27,882 nt of DNA, taken from positions 1 through 27,882 of the IMG/VR virus record IMGVR_UViG_3300042868_005222, one strand, 5' to 3'. A program made the translations under genes and the position numbers. The stretch is from a virus. Taxonomy: Duplodnaviria; Caudoviricetes. Below the pieces are notes generated by a model that saw only the letters and a program-made list of their open reading frames with translations, did no database searches and had not been told where the DNA came from. Below are positions 8,726-15,238 of this stretch, piece after piece. The stretch's first letter is position 1. Each line of letters starts with the position of its first letter.

Positions 8726-9137
8726 GCGACTCGTCTTCGGCGACTCCGGCGTTGCGGCTGCGGATGAGCTGCAAGTCCTTGAGCAGTTGCTCGGCCTCGC
8801 CCTTGGTGCTGACCTCGACGTGCTCCTTCTTGGCCCAGCGTTCTGGCCAGCGACGCTCCAGCATCCACGCGCAAGCGGTCCACTGCTTGTCCGTGTGCAT
8901 CAGGATGCGGGACAGGAAGCCCGCCTCTGCCGATGCCTCGGCTTCCTTGACCATGCGCGCGAACTCGGGGTTGCGTTTCTTGAACGAACGCAGCGTGCCC
9001 GCGCTGACACCATGGGCCATGGCGGCGCGGTCTTGGTGCAGGCCCAAGCGGATGGTGCCGAGGATCTTCTCGATCACTTCGTCAGTCATCACGCGCGGCC
9101 TGCCGATCTTCGGCTTGTCTGTGGGTTCTTCGGTCAT
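8709..9137 (-). CDS. terS: Terminase small subunit (HTH type)
   Basis: N-terminal GRP motif, an HTH-like segment and WTACAWMLERRWPERW. Overlaps the TerL start. Confidence 0.8.
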   Translation of the reverse strand: MTEEPTDKPKIGRPRVMTDEVIEKILGTIRLGLHQDRAAMAHGVSAGTLRSFKKRNPEFARMVKEAEASAEAGFLSRILMHTDKQWTACAWMLERRWPERWAKKEHVEVSTKGEAEQLLKDLQLIRSRNAGVAEDESHAAAS

Positions 9138-9544
9138 GCATTCCAGGCACCGTCGCGTTCATCGAGCGCGGCGTGCGTAACGGGTTGGCAGAACATCTCG
9201 CGGTCGTGCGCGAACGCCTCGAACGCAGAGACGGCGACAGTGCGAGCGGACCCGGCAAGAGCCAGCAGTTCCTCGCGGCGCTTGGGCGTGCATGCCTCGG
9301 CCTCGGCCTGCTTGCGGCAGGCGCGCTCCAAAACGTAGCACCAGCCCGCACGGTCCAGGGTCTCGTCGAGGATCTCGCGGACGATCACGTCAACGTCGCG
9401 GTCGAACGACGCGTTGCCGTATTCGAGCTCGCCGACGGCAAGCCGCTTGGCCACGCCGTCGAGGAACAACGCAGACGCTTTGTGGTGGCGGACGCTGCGT
9501 GTCAGTTGCAGCATCCATGCGTCACGGTCGATGTGCTCCGTCAC
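9134..9544 (-). CDS. Helical hypothetical protein, possibly MazG-like (all-alpha NTP pyrophosphatase)
   Basis: GTGA overlap with the upstream stop and ATGA overlap with TerS. RLAVGELEYG...EILDETLD resembles the RxxxGxxKYG...ExxEExxD pattern of phage MazG-like proteins. Confidence 0.55.
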   Translation of the reverse strand: MTEHIDRDAWMLQLTRSVRHHKASALFLDGVAKRLAVGELEYGNASFDRDVDVIVREILDETLDRAGWCYVLERACRKQAEAEACTPKRREELLALAGSARTVAVSAFEAFAHDREMFCQPVTHAALDERDGAWNA

Positions 9545-11430
9545 AGAGCCCTCCACCGTGCGTCGTTGATGCGCTGCGCAGGCGGGAACGAAGTCAGCAC
9601 GAAGTGCGCCTGCTGGTTGATCTCGGCGATCATCACGGCCGACGCCATCGACCACGACTGGCAGGCGGGCGAGACGTAGATGAACGAGGTCCAGCCTTCG
9701 CCCGCCGAGTTGACCGAGGTCGGCCAGGCCCCAGTGCCGAGCACGTCGCCTTCCATCCACCGCACCGCGTATGCGTGCCTGCGGGTTGCGAGGTCGAAGC
9801 ACTGTGTCACGACCGTCTGCGCAAGCCTCATGGCGCTGTTGATCATCTCGCCGTCGCGCAGTTGCTTGCCGAGCGCGAGCAGGCCGATGGCCGCGATGGT
9901 CTCCTGCCACGACTGCCAGCCGATGACCGGCTGACCGTTGGCGTCCGACCACCCATACTTCGCCTGCTCGCGGCCGCCGATGGTGCGGATCTCGCGGTCG
10001 GGCGGCAGCGTCGAGAGCGGGCTGTTGACGATCGCCCGCTGCGCGCACGTGCGTGCGACTTGCGTGGCGCCCGTGAATCCGAGCCAGATCTGGTTGGCGC
10101 GTGTCAATGCCATGCGCCCGACGGATCGAGGCGACGGCACCATGGGCTGCTGGTAGTAGACGTCCAGCTTGTCCAGCTCGATGTGGTCGAGGATAAGCTG
10201 TTCGAGCGCGGGGTCGCGCGTCAGCGCGTAGGTCGCGTGCAGGAAGTTGTCGCTGCGGTGCTGGTCATCGGCCGCCGTCCACAGCGTGGTTGCTGGCGAC
10301 GGCATCCAGCCAATCTGGTTGACGCCAGGCCATCCCAGGCGGTCTTCGACGCCGTAGGCCAGGTCCACGCGCTGGTTGTAGATCGTGGCCTTGGGATGCA
10401 GCTCGGCGCGCATCGGTGCGCCACCTGGCTCTCTGTTGCCCGTTGGGCGCAGCGCGAAGGACTGGCACTGCCACAGCGCGTCGTGGATCTCCCACGGGTC
10501 ACCGGTCGTGACGGCCAGGTCGGACGCGCATCCGAAGTCGGGCTGGTCGCCCGTCGTTCCAGTCTCGCGCGGTTGGCAACGCGGGCGCATGTCGAGCATG
10601 GAGCCGCGGCCAAAGTTGTATTGCTGCCACTGCGTCTCGCGGACCTGCGGCAGATCGGGAGTTGCTTCGACGATCTTGCCGAGCGCCATCCACTTGTCGG
10701 CCCAGCCCATGTAGAGCGCGGACAGCGGCGCATCGCGGCGGGCGACATCGTCGAACGGCAGCAGCACGCCGCGGGACTCCCAGCGCGCAGCTCGGTGAGC
10801 TCGGCCAGCCGGGCGGATCACGCCTCGCCACGTCGGCAGGTTGGAAAACTGCTGCGCCTGCTCCTGGCCGTTGCGCTTGGCGAAGTCGAAGTGGATGCGG
10901 GCGCGCGAAGTCATCGTGACCTCGGGCAGATCGACCGCCTGCGCCTGGCCGTTGTTCTCCGTCGTGCCGTAGACCACCTGCGTCGTGAACTCGACCGATG
11001 CCATGCCCGACGAGACCGTCAGCCAGCAATCGACGGTCACCTTCTCGGCGGCCCAGTGGTCGCGGATGCGCCAGACGATCGCGGCCGGCGAGGAGCGCAC
11101 GAGGTCGAGGCTCGACGTTGTCGGCCCGGCGCCTGCGAGCTTGAACTGCGGCAGGATGGCAAGCGCGTTGTCTGCGAGGATCGGATGCCAGACGAAGGCA
11201 TCGAGCTTGCGCGGCTCGTCCGACCAGGAGCACTTGATCGTGCTTGAGGCAGGCACCGACGCGAGCACGCGGACTCCGTGCGGCTCGCGGACCCATGGCA
11301 TGCTGCTCTGCTCGGTGGCGAGCCAGCCTGCCTCGGCCTCGGGCATGTCCACAGCGGGCAGGCCGACGAAGACCCACCCATGTTGCGGCAATGCCGAGAT
11401 GTTCTGGATGCGGACGGGCGCGTTGGTCAT
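9541..11430 (-). CDS. 629-aa hypothetical protein, putative beta-sandwich plus alpha/alpha-barrel carbohydrate-active enzyme-like
   Basis: TGATG coupling at 11430. Trp-rich, with a beta-like N-half and helical C-half containing TGDQPDFG, DDQH, YALTRDP, PRSVGR and WQSWQE. The CDS is solid but the function is tentative. Confidence 0.6.
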   Translation of the reverse strand: MTNAPVRIQNISALPQHGWVFVGLPAVDMPEAEAGWLATEQSSMPWVREPHGVRVLASVPASSTIKCSWSDEPRKLDAFVWHPILADNALAILPQFKLAGAGPTTSSLDLVRSSPAAIVWRIRDHWAAEKVTVDCWLTVSSGMASVEFTTQVVYGTTENNGQAQAVDLPEVTMTSRARIHFDFAKRNGQEQAQQFSNLPTWRGVIRPAGRAHRAARWESRGVLLPFDDVARRDAPLSALYMGWADKWMALGKIVEATPDLPQVRETQWQQYNFGRGSMLDMRPRCQPRETGTTGDQPDFGCASDLAVTTGDPWEIHDALWQCQSFALRPTGNREPGGAPMRAELHPKATIYNQRVDLAYGVEDRLGWPGVNQIGWMPSPATTLWTAADDQHRSDNFLHATYALTRDPALEQLILDHIELDKLDVYYQQPMVPSPRSVGRMALTRANQIWLGFTGATQVARTCAQRAIVNSPLSTLPPDREIRTIGGREQAKYGWSDANGQPVIGWQSWQETIAAIGLLALGKQLRDGEMINSAMRLAQTVVTQCFDLATRRHAYAVRWMEGDVLGTGAWPTSVNSAGEGWTSFIYVSPACQSWSMASAVMIAEINQQAHFVLTSFPPAQRINDARWRAL

Positions 11431-11822
11431 CAGTTCAACGTCCTCAGCAAGATGCAGCACTTGATGCCGCTTGCGGATGCACCAGCTCCAGCTAAGACGC
11501 GAACTCGGATGAAGTAGGTCGGCTGAACTGCAGCTTGTCCCGATGCGTTTGAAGTGAAATCCCCAATAAATCCAATGGCAGAGGCCGCCCCAACAGTCAG
11601 CGAGGTGGCGTCTGGCGGATACATGGCTCCCCAGTTCGTCCCATCCAACGATCCTTCGATCAAGATGGTGTCGGTTCCGGTGTTGCCAGACATGACCTGA
11701 GCGACAATGCGCTTGGCAGGCGTGACATTGATCGCCGCACAGGTGTCGGTTCGCGCCAATGACGAGTAGGTGTAGAGCGTGTCGCCAGGAGCGACTTCAG
11801 AAACGGTGAATGTGGTTGCCAT
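11430..11822 (-). CDS. Hypothetical beta-rich protein, possibly virion-associated
   Basis: 130 aa, Thr/Ala/Ser/Gly-rich, with IEGSLDGTNW and YFIRVRV. Strong GGAGG SD. Confidence 0.7.
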   Translation of the reverse strand: MATTFTVSEVAPGDTLYTYSSLARTDTCAAINVTPAKRIVAQVMSGNTGTDTILIEGSLDGTNWGAMYPPDATSLTVGAASAIGFIGDFTSNASGQAAVQPTYFIRVRVLAGAGASASGIKCCILLRTLN

Positions 11823-11837
11823 GGTGCCTCCAGTATA

Positions 11838-12038
11838 TCAGTCGTTGCGCTTGCCGCCGAGCAGCCGGTGCTTGCGCAGCTCGTAGATCTCGAACTCCAG
11901 CGGGTAGTGCTTGAGCACGCGGGATGCCCAGCGGCGCACTTCGAGCGGCACTCTCGGGGTCTGCTGCGGGTCGAGGAGGCTACGAAGCAGGTCGCGCGCT
12001 TGATGCAGAGCCCGTAGGCGCTCGTCCGGTAGCGTCAT
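11838..12038 (-). CDS. BPSL0761-family-like small protein
   Basis: MTLPDERLRAL...TPRVPLEVRRWASRVLKHYP matches the MTxPxERxRA...PRVP...LRHYP signature. Confidence 0.75.
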   Translation of the reverse strand: MTLPDERLRALHQARDLLRSLLDPQQTPRVPLEVRRWASRVLKHYPLEFEIYELRKHRLLGGKRND

Positions 12039-12316
12039 CCGTCGGTCCCCTCTGGCCAGCGTTTAGAAGAAACCGAGGAGGCCCAACGCGTGGACGCCGC
12101 CCCCAGATCGTCCTTTTGAGATTGTCTGGAACGTCCATGCACCTCCTCGGCCCCAGCAACACGCTGGGGAATGTCGTTAGCGCGTCGCTCGAGTAACTCC
12201 TCAAGCGCGGCGATGATCGTTACGGCGTTGCTGCCAACGTAGCCCGTCTGCGCGAACTTGCGGCAGTGGACGTAGGTGGCGAGCAGCTCGCGGATCTGGT
12301 CGTCGGTGACGGTCAC
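12035..12316 (-). CDS. Hypothetical protein (93 aa)
   Basis: GTGA overlap upstream and ATGA overlap downstream. Starts MTVTDDQIRELL. Confidence 0.65.
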   Translation of the reverse strand: MTVTDDQIRELLATYVHCRKFAQTGYVGSNAVTIIAALEELLERRANDIPQRVAGAEEVHGRSRQSQKDDLGAASTRWASSVSSKRWPEGTDG

Positions 12317-12576
12317 TTCTGCTCCTTCGCCTCGTCGGCAATCTCGTGGAGCCGATGCAGCGCCTTGGCCCAGCGGCCACCGTGCGATCCCTTGTCCCAC
12401 TTGACGAACTCGCCGATGGCCTCGCGCAGCATCTCGACCTCGTCGGCCAGCCGTTGGATGGCGCAGGCGTGGTGGCCAACGTAGCACGCATCGAAGTGCG
12501 TGCGCTGGATGCCGTCCTTGTCAACGGGCCACGACATGCGCACGAGATCTAGTCCCAACTTGGTGAGCTTGGTCAT
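12313..12576 (-). CDS. Hypothetical protein (87 aa)
   Basis: 4-nt overlaps at both ends. THFDACYVGHHAC His/Cys cluster followed by a coiled coil. Confidence 0.7.
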   Translation of the reverse strand: MTKLTKLGLDLVRMSWPVDKDGIQRTHFDACYVGHHACAIQRLADEVEMLREAIGEFVKWDKGSHGGRWAKALHRLHEIADEAKEQK

Positions 12577-12839
12577 TGCTTCTTTCTCGGCTTGCGCAGC
12601 GGTCTTCCCGATCGGTAACCAGCACGCCAGACGTAGTGTCGGATCGTGCTGGCCTGGTCAGCGATCGTGGTCTCGGCCGCGTTGGGGTAGAGCACGTGCA
12701 GGATCTCGTGGATCAGCGTATCGAGGTATTGCGAGTCGCTGAGGTTGGTGCTGATCTCGATGCGGTTCTCGTCCGGGTATGCATAGCCCCACCAGTCACG
12801 CAACGGCCTGTGCTTGATCTTGATGCGGCGGATGGCCAT
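12573..12839 (-). CDS. Small HExxH zinc-metallopeptidase-like protein (ImmA/IrrE-like minimal zincin)
   Basis: WGYAYPDENRIEISTNL...DTLIHEILH, with a downstream Glu (AEE-like AAET). Confidence 0.75.
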   Translation of the reverse strand: MAIRRIKIKHRPLRDWWGYAYPDENRIEISTNLSDSQYLDTLIHEILHVLYPNAAETTIADQASTIRHYVWRAGYRSGRPLRKPRKKQ

Positions 12840-12840
12840 G

Positions 12841-13047
12841 TCAGTCCTTGGGCTTCGCCTGCGCAGCCTGCTCGCGTAGGTTGCGCATGCGCTCCATCAG
12901 AGCCTGGCGCGCTAGCTTGATGTGCGTCTCGTCGAGCGCCTTTGCCATGTAGCCCATCGCCGTTGCGACCATGTGCCCGACCAGGTCATCGTCGCCCCAG
13001 TCATCCTGCGGTTCACGCCAAACAGATCGCCAGTCAGCCATGGTCAC
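12841..13047 (-). CDS. Hypothetical protein (66-68 aa)
   Basis: Fills the gap in a tightly packed operon. Alternative ATG at 13041. Confidence 0.6.
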   Translation of the reverse strand: MTMADWRSVWREPQDDWGDDDLVGHMVATAMGYMAKALDETHIKLARQALMERMRNLREQAAQAKPKD

Positions 13048-13483
13048 AGCATGCCTTATGCGCGTCCTCGTCCCAACATCCCTGGACGTCTTCTGGCCAT
13101 GGGATCGCCAGCGAGCGGTTCTCGTCCCACTGCTCGGCCAGGACGAAGCCGTCGGCGTTCAAGGACAGCTCGACCACGGTCCCAGTCCAGGTCTTCCGCT
13201 TGCCCCGTGGTCCTTTCTTACCCCACGACACGACGAGGAAGCGGCCGCCAGCCTTGAGCCATGTCTCGATGCGTGGCTCCATGAGAGACTTCTTGACGCG
13301 GGCCGAGCGGCTGCTGTCGGCGCAGGCCTGGATGCCGATGATCTTGTCGGACAGGCCGACGATGTCGATGCAGCCGAACAGGTCCTGGCGGACGCGCGCG
13401 TGCGGGTTCCACTTCTCGACCACCTGCACGGTGTAGCCGAGGTCGCGGGCCCACTTGAGAGTTCGTTGGGTTGGCGTGGTCAT
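13034..13483 (-). CDS. PD-(D/E)XK-type nuclease, Holliday-junction-resolvase-like
   Basis: ATGA overlap at 13483. TPTQRTLKWARDLGYTVQVVEKWNPHARVRQDLFGCIDIVG...IGIQAC is a common phage nuclease pattern. Confidence 0.7.
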   Translation of the reverse strand: MTTPTQRTLKWARDLGYTVQVVEKWNPHARVRQDLFGCIDIVGLSDKIIGIQACADSSRSARVKKSLMEPRIETWLKAGGRFLVVSWGKKGPRGKRKTWTGTVVELSLNADGFVLAEQWDENRSLAIPWPEDVQGCWDEDAHKACCDHG

Positions 13484-13788
13484 GCTGGCACGACTCCGAG
13501 GTTGGAGCACTTGGGACAATCGACGGTGAAGTAATCGCCAGGCATGACCGACCGGCGCAGGTTGTAGGCGCCGTGCCCTTCGCAGCGGTCGCAGGTCACG
13601 TGCAGCTTCGCCATGACGCGCTCGCGGTTGGCGACGCGGAACTGGTAGGCAGAGCGGACCCAGCGGTGCTCCACGCCCTCGTAACGCTCGCTCGGCTCGA
13701 TGGCCAGGTGCGGCTTGCGGGCTGCGGTGTCGAGCGCCCGTTCTTCGACGCGCAGGTCATCTTGCGCCCAGTATTCCCAGTCGTTCAT
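13480..13788 (-). CDS. Hypothetical protein with DnaJ-type Zn-finger motifs
   Basis: CDRCEGHG...CPKCSNLG. ATGA overlap at 13788, alternative ATG at 13797. Confidence 0.7.
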   Translation of the reverse strand: MNDWEYWAQDDLRVEERALDTAARKPHLAIEPSERYEGVEHRWVRSAYQFRVANRERVMAKLHVTCDRCEGHGAYNLRRSVMPGDYFTVDCPKCSNLGVVPA

Positions 13789-14003
13789 CGTTCCCATGGC
13801 ATCCTCAACTCGTCGGCGACGATCTGGGTCATGCGATCTTCGAGCTGCGCGGCGGTGAGGTCCGGTCGGTCGCGGAACTGCCCGCCCTTCTTGGCCGAGC
13901 AGGAGAAGCAGACGGCCTGGTTGCGCTTCGACTGGCTCCGCCTTTTGCAAACGTTGCAAACGAAGTTGTAAATCTTGCAACCGTCGTTGGTTGGCTTGGT
14001 CAC
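13785..14003 (-). CDS. Small Zn-finger protein (72 aa)
   Basis: CNVC...CFSC, basic. GTGA overlap. Confidence 0.65.
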   Translation of the reverse strand: MTKPTNDGCKIYNFVCNVCKRRSQSKRNQAVCFSCSAKKGGQFRDRPDLTAAQLEDRMTQIVADELRMPWER

Positions 14004-14236
14004 TGTGCAATCTCCTCGTCGTCAAGGATCTTGAGCAGCGCCTTGGCCAGTGCTTCGGCGCGCAGGCCGTTCTCCCAGTTGACCAGGTCGATCTTCCTGC
14101 GCTCGGCCCGCAGTTCTGGCGTGCCCAGGATCTCGGTGACCAGAGCCAGCGAGGCGGATGCGTAGACCCACGGGTTGTGGCGTTCGATCTCGCGGCGCAG
14201 GACGTCGCGGTCGGCCTTGGTGCGTTGGTTGCTCAC
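14000..14236 (-). CDS. Hypothetical protein (78 aa)
   Basis: GTGA overlaps at both ends. Helical composition. Confidence 0.7.
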   Translation of the reverse strand: MSNQRTKADRDVLRREIERHNPWVYASASLALVTEILGTPELRAERRKIDLVNWENGLRAEALAKALLKILDDEEIAQ

Positions 14237-14475
14237 AGCGACAGCTCCCAGCCTTCAAGGCGGCTGACGTCCAGGTCCCACGACTTGATCGTGCGACGTT
14301 GCGGGTTGGCTTCAGCGATCACGCGCTCAACCGTCTCGACGGCGAGCTTGGTGCCGATGTTGCCGTTGAGGTCGCGCGCGATGGACTCGGCGCAGAGGCC
14401 GTGACCTTCGTCGTGCAGCTTGAGGATGAGGCTACGGATGGCGCGTTCGATGTTCATGTCGTTCTCGTCGTTCAT
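14233..14475 (-). CDS. Hypothetical protein (80 aa), first gene of the leftward operon, probably leaderless
   Basis: ATG at 14475 lies 7 nt downstream of a -10 box. No SD. Confidence 0.65.
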   Translation of the reverse strand: MNDENDMNIERAIRSLILKLHDEGHGLCAESIARDLNGNIGTKLAVETVERVIAEANPQRRTIKSWDLDVSRLEGWELSL

Positions 14476-14482
14476 GCGCCGC

Positions 14483-14515
14483 AACGTAGAGTTCGCTCGC
14501 CCACTGTCAACTTCC
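14483..14515 (-). promoter_or_regulatory. Sigma70-type promoter P1
   Basis: GGAAG-TTGACA-N16-TACGTT. Shares GGAAGTTGACA and GCGAGCGAA with P2. Confidence 0.8.
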
Positions 14516-14540
14516 GATCGGCTTTCTTCTGCCGGGAAAG

Positions 14541-14569
14541 TTGAAGCAAACTAGAACCACCGCTAGATG
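14541..14569 (+). promoter_or_regulatory. Putative divergent promoter for the HTH gene
   Basis: TTGAAG-N17-TAGATG-N8-ATG (14578). Back-to-back with P1. Confidence 0.4.
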
Positions 14570-14577
14570 TAGTTCCT

Positions 14578-14832
14578 ATGTCGGAGCCGACCACAAGTGC
14601 CACCAAGGCGACCACCAAGCTGTCCACGCTGATCGAGCAGACCGGCTTCACGCAATACCAGGTCGCCCGCCAGCTCGGCCTTTCCCCGAACACCATCTAC
14701 TCGTGGTGCCGCGGCCTGGCTCGACCATGGAGGACGAAGGCCTACCGGCTTTCGACGTTCCTCGGCATCTCCATCACCGAGTTGATGTTGTCTTGGCAGG
14801 CCGGTGTTCCCAAGCGTCGGCGTCGGTCGTAA
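14578..14832 (+). CDS. XRE/Cro-CI family HTH transcriptional regulator
   Basis: LIEQTGFTQYQVARQLGLSPNTIYSWCRGLARP...LSTFLGISITEL. It is the only credible plus-strand gene. Confidence 0.9.
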   Translation: MSEPTTSATKATTKLSTLIEQTGFTQYQVARQLGLSPNTIYSWCRGLARPWRTKAYRLSTFLGISITELMLSWQAGVPKRRRRS

Positions 14833-14844
14833 GCGCCACGAGCT

Positions 14845-14898
14845 GCGGATCTACACCAGGTCGGGCGGATCTACACCACCTGCGGCTGAACTACGCCA
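14845..14898. repeat. Three 14-bp direct repeats with exact 20-bp period
   Basis: GCGGATCTACACCA at 14845 and 14865, and GCTGAACTACGCCA (11/14) at 14885. Confidence 0.85.
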
Positions 14899-14932
14899 CC
14901 TCCACGCTTTCGGAGCGGCGCAAGTAGGGGGG

Positions 14933-15238
14933 CTTCCTTCACTTTCTTCAACCTTTCTTCAAGGGGTCAACTTGAAGAAAGGTCCGAACGTAACTGTATG
15001 TATTATATATACTTAATATATATAGTATACCTTATTTCAATACTTCAAGGCTACCCTCCTTCCCAAGTTAGGGTAAAGTTAGACCCCCTAGTCTCTCCCT
15101 CCACGGTGGGGGTGGCTTATTTCAAGAAATAAGGGTCCAAGCGATCCCATTTCGCGCCGCAAGTCGTTGCCTTGCGCGGGGTTCTAGCTCGGACCCTTTC
15201 TTCAAGACTTCCTTCAACTCGACCCTTTCTTCAAGGGG
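14933..15238. other. Putative phage replication origin (iterons plus AT-rich unwinding element)
   Basis: Many CTTTCTTCAA-like repeats. 13-bp inverted repeat 14951-14963/14971-14983. Almost pure A/T tract at ~14997-15029. 15-bp direct repeat at 15192 and 15221. Directly downstream of the primase gene. Confidence 0.75.

Noticed and set aside
14845-15238. CRISPR array
   Set aside because: Repeats are 15 bp or shorter, with 6-bp or irregular spacers, and there are no cas genes.
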